From Octopus vulgaris (lineage: Eukaryota), in the NCBI GenBank assembly GCA_951406725.2, contig OX597818.1, positions 19,654,001-19,718,000 on the forward strand: 64,000 nt of DNA, written 5' to 3'. Under the pieces are notes generated by a model that worked only from the letters and a program-made list of their open reading frames with translations, was not told where the DNA came from and did no database searches. The translations under genes and the position numbers were made by a program. Shown one piece after another: positions 11,859 through 25,800 of the stretch (position 1 is the first letter of the stretch; the number at the start of each line of letters is the position of its first letter).

Positions 11859-11929
11859 TGCATCGACCGGGAATCGAACCCGGGTCACTCACGTGGGAGG
11901 TGAGAATTCTACCACTGAACCACCGATGC
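11859..11929 (-). tRNA. tRNA-Gly (CCC)
   Basis: As 5706-5776, but the anticodon stem CTCAC/GTGAG is fully Watson-Crick. Confidence 0.88.
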
Positions 11930-12303
11930 CGACGAACGAGAGATTCCAAATTATCTTTTATGTTATCTTTTACGCGTTTCTGTCATATGACTGTGGCCAT
12001 GCTGGTGCACTGCCAGGAGGAATTTTAATCCAACTACTCGGCCCGAGTATGTATTTTATTTTTATGCCGGGTACTTATTCTATTGCCGATACTAATGTAG
12101 CTTATATTTCGTTCCCTTGTTTTCTTACGTACGATATTATCCGTTTTGCAACCATTTATGACAGACGAACATACTACACTTGAACAACGGATGCTGACTC
12201 GGAAAACCACATGTAAGGCGTAGATGTTATTAGTAAAATAAATGTTCATGGGTCTGTTTTATGACTATCGAGAAATTGTAAATTTTCTTTCAAAAAAGAT
12301 TAT

Positions 12304-12504
12304 TGCATCGACCGGGAATCGAACCCGAGCCGCTCGCGGCTCATAAGTCTGCGACTGTGGTAGCTGTTATACTGAAACTACTTCGAATCAACAGGTTACA
12401 ATTTTTGTATATGGTTGTCTCCGTTTTGCAACAAAAAGTCAGATGGAGACGAATCTGTGACGCTTGTATTGTAGGCAAATATTCTATCATTGAACCACAG
12501 TCAC
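12304..12504 (-). pseudogene. Split tRNA-Gly-like pseudogene, copy 2
   Basis: 201 nt, same halves and 130-nt insert as 6151-6351. Confidence 0.8.
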
Positions 12505-12538
12505 ATGTTGTAAGAAAAAAGAAAATATAAATAAGCAG

Positions 12539-12609
12539 TGCATCGACCGGGAATCGAACCCGGGCCGCCCGCGTGGCAGGCGAGCATTCTACCACTGAAC
12601 CATTGATGC
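12539..12609 (-). tRNA. tRNA-Gly (GCC), A7-U66 variant with an A6.C67 mismatch
   Basis: Starts GCATCAATGG; otherwise an intact cloverleaf. Confidence 0.8.
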
Positions 12610-13774
12610 TTACATAAAAGTCCTTAACTATTCATACAAATATACTCAATGTATTTAAAATCAGATGGCTATAATTTTCTATGCATGGCGTTTGGTATAT
12701 CACATCTTAACTTCGATGCGGTACATATTCATTCCTAATGCTTAGCGGTATTTCGTTCGCCGCTACGTTCTGAGTTCAAAATTCCGCCGAGGTTGACTTT
12801 GCGTTTCATCCTCTCGGTGTCGATAAATTAAATACCAGTTACGCACGGGGGTCGATGTAATCGACTTAATCCGTTTGTCTATCCTTGTTTGACCCTTCTA
12901 TGTTTAGCCTCTTGTGTGCAATAAAGAAATAAGAAACGTTAGCACGTCGGGTGAAATGCTTAGTGGTATTTCGTCTGCGGTTACGTTCTGAGTTCAAATT
13001 CCGCCGAGGTCAACTTTGCCTTTCATCCGTTCGGGGTCGATTAAAGAAGTACCATTTACGCACTGGGGTCGATATAATCGACTTAATCCATTTGTCTGTG
13101 CTTGTTTGTCCTATCTGTGTTTAGCCCCTTGTGGGTAGTAAAGAAATAGGTATTTCGTCTGTCTTTACGTTCTGAGTTCAAATTCCGCCGAGGTTGACTT
13201 TGCCTTTCCTTCTTTCAGGGTCGATAAAATAAGTACCAGTTGCATACTGAGATTGATCTAAGCGACTGGCCCCCTCCCCCAAAATTTCGGGTCTTTTGCC
13301 CAGGGTAGAAAAGGATAGTAATGGTTCTTTACCACAGACACACCGTCGTATTAGTAACGAGGCACGAACCCCTGCCCTCTCATCGGACTGTCCTGTTATT
13401 GACCTACACACTGAGCCATGCACTATGTACTAGTTTTTTTTATATTGAGAGAGACAAACATAGAGAGATAAACAGACAGACGGGCAAACGGGCAATCAGG
13501 CAAACACAGAGTGTGTCTAAGAGAGAGAGACAGACAGGCAGGCAAACGGGCAGACAGTGGACAGGTAAACGGGCAAACAGGCAAACACAGAAAGAGTGCG
13601 TGTGTCTGAGAGAGACAGAAAGACAGGTAAAAGGGCTGACAGCAGACAGGAAAACGGACAGGCAAGCACAGAGTGTGTGTGTCTGAGAGAGAGACAGAAA
13701 GAGACAGAGACAGACAGACAGACAGGCAAACGGGCAGACAGGCATAAAAACAGAAAAGGAGTATGTTTATCTTG

Positions 13775-13823
<49 letters not shown>

Positions 13824-14030
13824 GTAAATGGGCAGGTAGGCAGACAAACAGAGATGTGTGGTGTGTGTGTGTTTGTGTGTGTCTGAGGGAGAGAGAGGGG
13901 GAGACACAGACTGACAGACAGACACGCACGCGGGCAGATAGACAGACAGACAGACACGCACGCGGGCAGACAGGCAAATGGGCGGGCAGGTAGGCAGACA
14001 ACCAGACAAACAAGGAGAGTGTGTCTGTGT

Positions 14031-14190
<160 letters not shown>

Positions 14191-14576
14191 TAAGAAAGAG
14201 AAAGAGAGAAGTTTGATGAGGGGAGCAGGTATTTAGTTCGTATCCTGTCGCATTTGCTGTGGTGTCTAGTAACACCGTCGGCCAGGGTATCTTCACCTGT
14301 ATGCAGGCCTTGACCAGGTTTCTTTTCTGGAAGACTTGCAGATGCCTACATATTCATGTTGCTCCTCTTCACGCTGCCAGTGTTCTCCAAGAGGAAGACG
14401 AAGACCGCCGACCTAAAGTGACCACGCATGAAAACAAAAGTGATTGGTAAGAGGTCTCCCAACACGATTTCAGCTTCGATTGATCTTCCTCCCATCTACC
14501 CTATTGCAAAGAAACATTTTTTTTTTACTTTAAAAAGAAAGCTATTAAAGAGAATGCAATTTTAAAAAAATAAAGT

Positions 14577-14647
14577 TGCATCGGCCGGGAATCGAACCCG
14601 GACCGCCCGCGTGGCAGGCGAGCATTCTACCACTGAACCACCGATGC
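14577..14647 (-). tRNA. tRNA-Gly (GCC)
   Basis: One variable-loop change (CGGT) relative to 1983-2053. Confidence 0.92.
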
Positions 14648-14987
14648 GCACATGAGTTGACATGACATAATTTGCTATATATATATATAAAGGTTTGGTA
14701 CGTATCTTTACTTTTTTATTTTATTTGTTTCAGTCTTTGGACTCTGGCTATACTGGGGCACGGCCTTGAAGAGTTTAGTCGAACAAATCAACTCCAGTAC
14801 TCATATTTTAAGCCTGATATTTATTCTACCGTTTTGCCGAACTGCTAAGTTACGGGGATGTAAAGAAACCAACGTCGGTTGTCAAGCGATCGAGGGGGAC
14901 AAACACAAACACAGACACACATATGTATAAGGCGGTGCCCCAGCATGGCCGCGGTGAAATGACTGAAACATGTAAAAGATAAAAGAT

Positions 14988-15089
<102 letters not shown>

Positions 15090-16169
15090 TACACCACAGG
15101 CTTCGTCTACTAAATCCACTAACAAGGCTTTGGTTGACCCGAGGCTATGTAATTTAATGAAAAGTTCGGATATTCTGTACATCACTTCTTAACATATTTA
15201 TCCAAATTTATGGCATTGGACCATTTGATGTATTTCCTTATCTCGTTACATTTTTAAAATGAAGTGAAAAGTAATTCCTTGATATACGGTGATGTATTAA
15301 TTTCTTTCTGAATGGGAATTAAAAATAGTCCGTTTTAAGTTGGTACTCTATCCAGGAAGAAGTTTGTTACTGGTCAACTTACACTGGAACAAAATTTTCT
15401 ACCCAAGGTCATGAAGTTCTTCGGAAAAATTACAACTAAAACCAAGACTGATATACGAACCATTTATAGATCCATCATGGAATATACTGGCCCCCTTTTG
15501 AATCCTTAATCCTGTATTAAGTCCATACCCTAAGTAAAATATCAACAACGTAAAATAAATACAAAGACGTTCAGATGGATCCATCACATACTGAGATACA
15601 AGTATAACAATGGTAGAATGAAGGTTAAAGGATTCACGTTCTTAAAAATGGAGAACCGTGTTAATGACTTTCATTAGTATGGACAAAATTTTCAGCATAA
15701 ATAAACACCAGAAGGGAGAGATAACATAACAGTGTTCATGTTTTTTCCACAAAATATTGTCGTTATGAAATGAAATGATTTCAAGCGTAATCGAAACTGA
15801 ATTACTATTTATTCGTTGTTATCTATGACAACAATCAATAAATCCATAAAGCCAGGAACTGGAAGTGAAGTATTTTTGAAAATATTAATATATCCCCATT
15901 GCGACCATCCTACATTGGTTTCAAATTTAGGCACAAGGCGAGTAATTTTGGCGGAGTGGGTAAGTCAATTCACATCGACCTCAGTATTTGACTGGTACTT
16001 AATTTATCGAGAACGAAAGGTAAAGTCGACCTCGGCAGAATTTGAACTGAGAACGTAAAGACAGACGAAAGTCCGCTAGGCATTTTGCCCGACGAGCAAA
16101 CGATTCTGCCAGCTCACCAACCATTTATATTAAATAAACAAATTAAAAAAAAAATATTCAAGAAATTAA

Positions 16170-16240
16170 TGCATCGACCGGGAATCGAACCCGGGTCACT
16201 CGCGTGGGAGGCGAGAATCCTACCACTGAACCACCGATGC
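16170..16240 (-). tRNA. tRNA-Gly (CCC)
   Basis: Anticodon stem CTCGC/GCGAG; one D-stem change gives a U-G pair. Confidence 0.82.
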
Positions 16241-16614
16241 CGACGAACGAGAATTTTCAAATTATCGTTTATCTTTTCTTTTACGCGTTTCTGTCATATG
16301 ACTGTGGCCATGCTGGTGTACTGCCTGGAGGAATTTTAATCCAACTACTCTGCCCGAGTATGTATTTTATATTTGTGCCGGGTACTTATTCTATTGCCGA
16401 TACTAATGTAGCTTATATTTCGTTCCCTTGTTTTCTTACGTACGATATTATCCGTTTTGCAACCATTTATGGCAGACGAACATACTACAATTGAACAACG
16501 GATGCTGACTCGGAAAACCACATGTAAGGCGTAGATGTTATTAGTAAAATAAATGTTCATGGGTCTGTTTAGTGACTATCGGGAAATTGTAAATTTTCTT
16601 TCAAAAAAGATTAT

Positions 16615-16815
16615 TGTATCGACCGGGAATCGAACCCGAGCCGCTCGCGGCTAATAAGTCTGCGACTGTGGTAGCTGTTATACTAAAACTACTTCGAATC
16701 AACAGGTTACAATTTTTGTATATGGTTGTCTCCGTTTTGCAACAAAAAGTCAGATGGAGACGAAACTGTGACGCTTGTATTGTAGGCAAATATTCTATCA
16801 TTGAACCACCGTCAC
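16615..16815 (-). pseudogene. Split tRNA-Gly-like pseudogene, copy 3
   Basis: 201 nt, same structure as 6151-6351. Confidence 0.8.
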
Positions 16816-16846
16816 ATGTAAGAAAAAAGAAAATATGAGTAAGCAG

Positions 16847-16916
16847 TGCATCGACCGGGAATCGAACCCGTGCCGCCCGCGTGGCAGGAGAGCATTCACC
16901 ACAGAACCATCGATGC
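16847..16916 (-). pseudogene. Degenerate tRNA-Gly (GCC) pseudogene
   Basis: 70 nt; D-loop deletion and substitution, T-stem and anticodon-stem mismatches. Confidence 0.85.
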
Positions 16917-18025
16917 TTACATAAAAGTGCTTAACTATTCATACAAATATACTCAATGTATTTAAAATCAGATGACTATAATTTTCTATGCATAGCGTTT
17001 GGTATACCACATCTTAATTTCGAATCGGTACATATTCATTCCTAATGCTTAGCGGTATTCTGAGTTCAAAATTCCGCCGAGGTTGACTTTGCGTTTCATC
17101 CTTTCGGTGTCGATAAATTAAGTAGCAGTTACGCAGTGGGGTCGATATGATCGACTTAATCCGTTTGTCTGTCCTTGTTTGTCCTATCTGTGTTTAGCCT
17201 CTTGTGGATAGTAAAGAAATAGGTATTTCGTCTGTCTTTACGTTCTGAGTTCAAATCCCGCTGAGGTTGACTTTGCCTTTCCTTCTTTCGGGGTCGATAA
17301 AATAAGTACCAGCTGCATACTGAGATTGATCTAAGCGAGTGGCCCCCTCCCCCAAAATTTCGGGTCTTGTGCCCAGGGTAGAAAAGGATAGTATTGGTTC
17401 TTTACAACAGACACACCGTCGTATTAGTAACGAGGCACGAACCCCTGCCCTCTCATCGGACTGTCTTGTTATTGACCTACACACTGAGCCATGCACTATG
17501 TACTAGTTTTTTTTTTATATTGAGAGAGACAAACATAGAGAGATAAACAGACGGGTAAACGGGCAATCGGGCAAACACAGAGTGTGTCTAAAAGAGAGAG
17601 ACAGACAGACAGGCAGGCAAACGGGCAAACGGGCAGACAGGCAAGCACAGAGGATGTGTATCTGAGAGAGAGACAGAAAGAGACAGAGAGAGACTGGGAG
17701 AGAGAGAAAGAGACAGACAGACAGACAGGCAAACGGGCAGACAGGCATAAAAACAGAAAAGGGTATGTTTATCTGAGAGAGAGAGTGAGAGAGACAGACA
17801 GACAGACAGGTAAGTGGGCAGGCAGGCAGACAAACAGAGATGTGTGGGTGTGTGTGTGTGTGTTTGTGTGTGTCTGAGGGAGAGAGAGAGAGGGAAAGAC
17901 ACAGACTGACAGACAAACACGCAGACAGACAGACAGACACGCACGCTGGCAGACAGGCAAATGGGCGGGCAGGTAGGCAGACAGGCAGACAAACAAAGAG
18001 AGTGTATCTGTGTTGTGTGTGTGTA

Positions 18026-18084
<59 letters not shown>

Positions 18085-18503
18085 AAGAAAGAAAGAAAGA
18101 ACGAAAGTAAGGAAGAGAAAGAGAGGTAAAGAGAAGTTTAATGGGGGGAGCAGGTATTTAGTTCGTATCCTGTCGCATTTGCTGTGGTGTCTAGTAACAC
18201 CGTCGGCCAGGGTATCTTCACCTGTATGCAGGCCTTGACCAGGTTTCTTTTCTGGAAGACTTGCAGATGCCTACATAGTCATGTTGCTCCTCTTCACGCT
18301 GCCAGTGTTCTCCAAGAGGAAAGCGAAGACCGCCGACCTAAAGTGTCCACGCATGAAAACAAAAAGTGATTGGTAAGAGGTCTCCCAACAAGATTTCAGC
18401 TTCGATTGATCTTCCTCCCATCTACCCTATTGCAAAGAAACATTTTTTTTTTTAATTTAAAAAGAAAGCTATTAAAGAGAATGCAATTAAAAAAGAATAA
18501 AGT

Positions 18504-18574
18504 TGCATCGGCCGGGAATCGAACCCGGGCCGCCCGCGTGGCAGGCGAGCATTCTACCACTGAACCACCGATGC
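18504..18574 (-). tRNA. tRNA-Gly (GCC)
   Basis: Identical to 1983-2053. Confidence 0.97.
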
Positions 18575-18911
18575 GCACATGAGTTAGCTTGACATAATTT
18601 GCTATATATATAAAAGGTTTGTTACGTATCTTTACTTTTTTATCTTATTTGTTTCAGTCTTTGGGCTCTGGCTATACTGGGGCACGGCCTTGAAGAGTTT
18701 AGTCGAACAAATCAACTCCAGTACTCATATTTTAAGCCTGATATTTATTCTACCGTTTTGCCGAACCGCTAAGTTACGGGGATGTAAAGAAACCAACGTC
18801 GGTTGTCAAGTGATCGAGGCGGACAAACACAAACACAGACACACATATGTATAAGGCGGTGCCCCAGCATGGCCGCGGTGAAATGACTGAAACATGTAAA
18901 AGATAAAAGAT

Positions 18912-18993
<82 letters not shown>

Positions 18994-20097
18994 TACACCA
19001 CAGGCTTCGTCTACCAAATCCACTAACAAGGCTTTGGTTGGCCCGAGGCTATGTAATTTAATGAAAAGTTCGGATATTCTGTACATCACTTCTTAACATA
19101 TTTATCCAAATTTATGGCATTGGACCATTTGATGTATTTCCTTAACTCGTTACATTTTTAAAATTATAGTTGAGGAGTGACAACACTAAAGAAGTGAAAA
19201 GTAATTCCTTGATATACGGTGATGTATTAATTTCTTTCTGAATGGGAATTAAACACAGTCCGTTATAAGTTGGTACTCTATCCAGAAAGAAGTTTGTTAC
19301 TGGTCAACTTACACTGGAACAAAATCTTCTACCCAAGGTCATGAAGTTCTTCGGAAAAATTACAACTAAAACCAAGACTGATATACGAACCATTTATAGA
19401 TCCATCATGGAATATACTGGCCCTTTTTTGAATCCTTAATCCTGTATTAAGTCCATACCTAAGTAAAATATCAACAACGTAAAATAAATACAAAGACGTT
19501 CAGATGGATCCATCACATACTGAGATACAAGTATAACAATGGTAGAATGAAGGTTAAAGGATTCACGTTCTTAAAAATGGAGAACCGTGTTAATGACTTT
19601 CATTTGTATGGACAAAATTTTCAGCATAACTAAACACCAGAAGGGGGAGATAACATAACAGTGTTCATGTTTTTTGCACAAAATATTGTCGTTATGAAAT
19701 GAAATGATTTCAAGCGCAACCGAAACTGAATTACTATTTATTCGTTGTTATCTATGACAACAATCAATAAATCCAGAAAGCCAGAAACTGGAAGTGAAGT
19801 ATTTTTGAAAATATTAATATATCCCCATTGCGACCATCCTACATTGGTTTCAAATTTAGGCACAAGGCGAGTAATTTTGGCGGAGTGGGTAAGTCAATTC
19901 ACATCGACCCCAGTATTTGATTGGTACTTAATTTATCGAGAACGAAAGGTAAAGTCGACCTCGGCAGAATTTGAACTGAGAACGTAAAGACAAGAAAGTC
20001 CGCTAGGCATTTTGCCCGACGAGCAAACGATTCTGCCAGCTCTCCAACCATTTATATTAAATAAACAAATTTAAAAAAAAAATATTCAAGTAATTAA

Positions 20098-20224
20098 TGC
20101 ATCGACCGGGAATCGAACCCGGGACACTCACGTGGGAGGCGAGAATTCTACCACTGAACCATGAGAATTCTACCACTGAACCACTTTTATGTGGTTCAGT
20201 GGTAGAATTCTCGCCTCCCACGTG
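20098..20224 (-). pseudogene. tRNA-Gly (CCC) disrupted by a short duplication and a fold-back inversion
   Basis: The gene lacks its 5' acceptor strand; gagaattctaccactgaacca is duplicated and followed by an inverted tRNA segment at 20191-20224. Confidence 0.85.
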
Positions 20225-21002
20225 CAGGCAGGCAGACACACACTCTCTTTGTTTGTCTGCCTGTCTGCCTACCTGCCCGCCCATTTGCCTGTCTGCCCGC
20301 GTGCGTGTCTGTCTGTCTGTCTGCGTGTTTGTCTGTTAGTCTGTGTCTCTCCCTCTCTCTCTCTCTCCCTCAGACACACACAAACACACACACACCCACA
20401 CATCTCTGTTTGTCTGCCTGCCTGCCCATTTACCTGTCTGTCTGTCTCTCTCTCTCTCTGTCTCTCTCTCTCTCAGATAAACATACTCCTTTTCTGTTTT
20501 TATGCCTGTCTGCCCGTTTGCCTGTCTGTCTGTCTGTCTGTCTCTTTCTCTCTCTCCCAGTCTCTCTCTGTCTCTTTCTGTCTCTCTCTCAGACACACAC
20601 ACTCCGTGCTTGCCTATCTGCCCGTTTTCCTGTCTGCTGTCAGCCCTTTTACCTGTCTGTCTGTCTGTCTCTCTCAGACACACACACTCTTTCTGTGTTT
20701 GCCTGTTTGCCCGTTTACCTGTCCGCTGTCTGCCCGTTTGCCCGTTTGCCTGCCTGTCTGTCTCTCTCTCTCTCTTAGACACACTCTGTGTTTGCCTGAT
20801 TGCCCGTTTGCCCGTCTGCCAGTGTTCTCCAAGAGGAAGGCGAAGACCGCCGACCTAAAGTGTCCACGCATGAAAACAAAAAGTGATTGGTAAGAGGTCT
20901 CCCAACAAGATTTCAGCTTCGATTGATCTTCCTCCCATCCACCCTATGGCAAAGAAACATTTTTTTTTAATTTAAAAAGAAAGTTATTAAAAAAAATAAA
21001 GT

Positions 21003-21073
21003 TGCATCGGCCGGGAATCGAACCCGGGCTGCCCGCGTGGCAGGCGAGCATTCTACCACTGAACCACCGATGC
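21003..21073 (-). tRNA. tRNA-Gly (GCC)
   Basis: One variable-loop change (CAGC); stems intact. Confidence 0.92.
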
Positions 21074-21103
21074 GCACATGAGTTAACTGGACATAATTTG
21101 CTA

Positions 21104-21649
21104 TCTCTTATTATGAAAGGCAGATTTTATCTGCCTCCCTTTGTCAGTTATAGAAATCTACAATATAGGATTTCTTCAATTACAATTTACCTAGCATTTT
21201 TAAGAGTAGAATGCATCGGGTTTTGCCAGGTCCAGTTTTTAAAATTTAAACTCCAATTAAGCAAAATTTACAGAAAACTCACATTCTGGTGTGTATGTCA
21301 AATGCTTTTCTTAGTCTGGTTTACAGCACACGCAAACGCACACACACAGTTTGCAACGAATAAAATGAAAGTAAATAGCGACAGAGTGATTTGAGGAAGA
21401 CTAAACTGAAAGTATTTAAACCACTACTCAAAAAATAAAAAAACACAGCAAACAGAAACAAATAAATACATAACGATTTCTCCTCACACAATTTCTTCAA
21501 TTAGAGTTTACCTAAGATTTTTCAAAGTACTCCATTCGGTCATGCCATAATATATTTCTTTCAATTTCACCCCCAATTAAGACAAAATTCGAGAAAACTC
21601 AATATTTTAACATTTCACTCCGAAAGCATTGATGTACATGTGTGCGTGC

Positions 21650-21686
<37 letters not shown>

Positions 21687-22772
21687 ATGGGTTGTGCGAC
21701 ACAGAAAGTGTGGTGTGTAAGTGAAGTGCTTTTGTTAGTGTGTGTAAAGAGACAGACAGAGTGAAAGACAGAAGTAACTGAACTTTTTTTTTTCACTTTT
21801 TGTAGTGAGTGACTGAGAGAGAAAAGAGAGAAAGAGGTTATGTATGTATATATGTATGTATGGCTTCAGTGACACACACACACAAAAACACATACCTACG
21901 TACACCTAAAGCACGCACACACACACACACAAGCGGAGCGCGAACTTCAAAATTTTGGTAGTATTAATTTGCGAGCGTACTTCTAAGCGCGCGTAATTGA
22001 AAGTTTTCACTATGATATCATCACGTGCGAAAAAATTCGAAGGGTTTTGAACAATTGAGATACAGATGTCACGCCTGTATTGAAACCATTGCTAAGCTGC
22101 CGTAATTGCTTAATTAAGACTTTGTTTAAATTGAAAGGGGCAAATATGTGACGAGGTTGAAAAAAAATACCCCAGAAAAAAAATGTACTGCTGGTATTTA
22201 TATAATTCACTACTATCTTGCTACAATGTCATGAAAAAGAAAAAATTTAGGTATGTAAATCGAATTCGCCACCCCCTTTTCCCCGTTCGCGTTTGTGTAA
22301 AAAAAATTATTATTTAAGTTTTTAAAATTATTTACTTTGTTCAAAAAATATTAATATTAATTAATTTTCAAGAATTATTTAATTTTATTCTGTAAAATAG
22401 TAATTAATTCATTTATCTGTAAATCCGCGAGGTTGTTACTCAGGCACCTAGAATGGTAACCTTCAACTAACACTATCTCCTCCGAGACCCTGCGGCGCAA
22501 GTTGACCAAAATTGAGAGTATGGTAGAAGAAGGGTTGCTCTTCCTTCCGTAGAACATAAAATTCAAATCGGACCATGTTAACACCAAAAATTATTTACAT
22601 CAAAAAGATGCTTTTTTCTATGAAAATCCCTATTTTTTACGATTTTTTCACTGCTGTGTCGCCACTTTTCGGTGTATTTCGACAAGAAAAATGTTCACAA
22701 AATTTTTACGCTTCAAAATTACAATTCTAAAGGGTCGAAACAAACCCGAGCAACGCTGGGCGATACTGCTAG
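21104..22772 (+). mobile_element. Non-autonomous Helitron-type insertion
   Basis: A|TCTCTTATTA start and cccgagcaacgctgggcgatactgCTAG|T end; no TSD. Confidence 0.75.
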
Positions 22773-23244
22773 TATATATATAAAAGGTTTGGAACGTATC
22801 TTTACTTTTTTATCTTATTTGTTTCAGTCTTTGGACTCTGGCTATACTGGGGCACGGCCTTGAAGAGTTTAGTCGAACAAATCAACTCCAGTACTCATAT
22901 TTTAAGCCTGATATTTATTCTACCATTTTGCCGAACCGCTAAGTTACGGGGATGTAAAGAAACCAACGTCGGTTGTCAAGCAATCGAGGGGGACAAACAC
23001 AAACACAGACACACATATGTATAAGGCGGTGCTCCAGAATGGCCGCGGTGAAATGACTGAAACATGTAAAAGATAAAAGACATAGATAGATAATATGCAC
23101 CACAGGCTTCGTCTACCAAATCCACTAACAAGGCTTTGGTTGGCCCGAGGCTATGTAATTTAATGAAAAGTTCGGATATTCTGTACATCACTTCTTAACA
23201 TATTTATCCAAATTTATGGCATTGGACCATTTGATGTATTTCCT

Positions 23245-23277
23245 TAGGCAAATATTCTATCATTGAACCACCGTCAC
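23245..23277 (-). pseudogene. Isolated 5' half of the split tRNA-like pseudogene at a deletion junction
   Basis: Spacer sequence gatgtatttcct is joined directly to taggcaaatattctatcattgaaccaccgtcac. Confidence 0.75.
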
Positions 23278-23311
23278 ATGTTGTAAGAATAAAGAAAATA
23301 TAAGTAAACAG

Positions 23312-23382
23312 TGCATCGACCGGGAATCGAACCCGGGCCGCCCGCGTGGCAGGCGAGCATTCTACCACTGAACCATCGATGC
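23312..23382 (-). tRNA. tRNA-Gly (GCC), intact A7-U66 isodecoder
   Basis: GCATCGA/TCGATGC acceptor stem fully paired; otherwise identical to the main GCC gene. Confidence 0.95.
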
Positions 23383-24819
23383 TTACATAAAAGAGTTTAA
23401 CTATTCATACAAATATACTCAATGTATTTAAAATCAGATGGCTATAATTTTCAATGCATGGCGTTTGGTATATCACATCTTAGTTTCGATGCGGTACATA
23501 TTCATTCCTAATGCTTAGCGGTATTTCGTTCGCCGCTGCATTCTGAGTTCAAAATTCCGCCGAGGTTGACTTTGCGTTTCATCTTTTCGGTGTCGATAAA
23601 TTAAGTACCAGTTACGCACTGGGGTCGATGTAATCGACTAAATCCGTTTGTCTATCCTTGTTTGTCCCTTCTATGTTTAACATCTTGTGTGCAATAAAGA
23701 AATAAGAAACGTTAGCACGTCGGGTGAAATGCTTAGTGGTATTTCGTCTGCGGTTACGTTCTGAGTTCAAATTCCGCCGAGGTCGACTTTGCCTTTCATC
23801 CGTTCGGGGTCGATTAAAGAAGTACTAGTTACGAACTGGGGTCGATATAATCGACTTAATCCGTTTGTCTGACCTTGTTTGTCCTATCTGTGTTTAGCCC
23901 CTTGTGGGTAGTAAAGAAATAGGTGTTTCGTCTGTCTTTACTTTCTGAGTTCAAATTCCGCCGAGGTTGACTTTGCCTTTCCTTCTTTCGGGTTCGATAA
24001 AATAAGTACCAGTTGCATACTGAGATTGATCTAAGCGACTGGCCCCCTTCTCCAAAATTTCGGGTCTTGTGCCCAGGGTAGAAAAGGATAGTAATGGTTC
24101 TTTACCACAGACACACCGTCGTATTAGTAACGAGGTACGAACCCCAGTCCTCTCATCGGACTGTCCTGTTATTGACCTACACACTGAGCCATGCACTATG
24201 TACTAGTTTTTTTATATTGAGAGAGACAAACATAGAGAGATAAACAGACAGACGGGCAAACGGGCAATCAGGCAAACACAGTGTGTCTAAGAGAGAGAGA
24301 GAGAGAAAGAGAGAGATAGACAGGCAGGCAAACGGGCAAACGAGCAGACAGCGGACAGGTAAATGGGCAAACAGGCAAACACAGAAAGAGTACGTATGTC
24401 TCAGAGAGACAGACAGACAGACAGGTAAAAGGGCTGACAGCAGACAGGAAAACGGGCAGACAGGCATAAAAACAGAAAGAGAGAGAGAGACTGAGAGAGA
24501 GAGAGAGAGAGAGCAGACAGGCATAAAAACAGAAAAGGAGTATATTTATCTGAGAGAGAGAGAGAGAGAGACAGACAGAGACAGACAGACAGACAGGTAA
24601 ATGGGCAGGCAGGCAGACAAACAGAGATGTGTGGGTGTGTGAGTGTTTGTGTGTGTCTGAGGGAGAGAGAGAGAGAGGGAGAGACACAGACTGACAGACA
24701 AACACGCAGACAGACAGACAGACAGACAGACACCACGCGCGGGCAGACAGGCAAATGGACGGGCAGGTAGGCAGACAGGCAGACAAACAAAGAGAGTGTA
24801 TCTGTGTTGTGTGTGTGTA

Positions 24820-24910
<91 letters not shown>

Positions 24911-25306
24911 ACGAAAGTAAGGAAGAGAAAGAGAGGTAAAGAGAAGTTTAATGGGGGGAGCAGGTATTTAGTTCGTATCCTGTCGCATTTGCTGTGGTGT
25001 CTAGTAACACCGTCGGCCAGGGTATCTTCACCTGTATGCAGGCCTTGACCAGGTTTCTTTTCTGGAAGACTTGCAGATGCCTACATATTCATGTTGCTCC
25101 TCTTCACGCTGCCAGTGTTCTCCAAGGGGAAGGCGAAGACCGCCGACCTAAAGTGTCCACGCATGAAAACAAAAAGTGATTGGTAAGAGGTCTCCCAACA
25201 AGATTTCAGCTTCGATTGATCTTCCTCCCATCCACCCTATTGCAAAGAAACATTTTTTTTTATTTAAAAAGAAAGCTATTAAAGAGAATGCAATTAAAAA
25301 TAAAGT

Positions 25307-25377
25307 TGCATCGGCCGGGAATCGAACCCGGGCCGCCCGCGTGGCAGGCGAGCATTCTACCACTGAACCACCGATGC
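25307..25377 (-). tRNA. tRNA-Gly (GCC)
   Basis: Identical to 1983-2053. Confidence 0.97.
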
Positions 25378-25714
25378 CCACATGTGTCACCTTGACATAA
25401 TTTGCTATATATATAAAAGGTTTGGTACGTATCTTTACTTTTTTACCTTATTTGTTTCAGTCTTTGGACTCTGGCTATACTGGGGCACGGCCTTGAAGAG
25501 TTTAGTCGAACAAATCAACTCCAGTACTCATATTTTAAGCCTGATATTTATTCTACCGTTTTGCCGAACCGCTAAGTTACGGGGATGTAAAGAAACCAAC
25601 GTCGGTTGTCAAGCGATCGAGGCGGACAAACACAAACACAGACACACATATGTATAAGGCGGTGCCCCAGCATGGCCGCGGTGAAATGACTGAAACATGT
25701 AAAAGATAAAAGAT

Positions 25715-25800
<86 letters not shown>

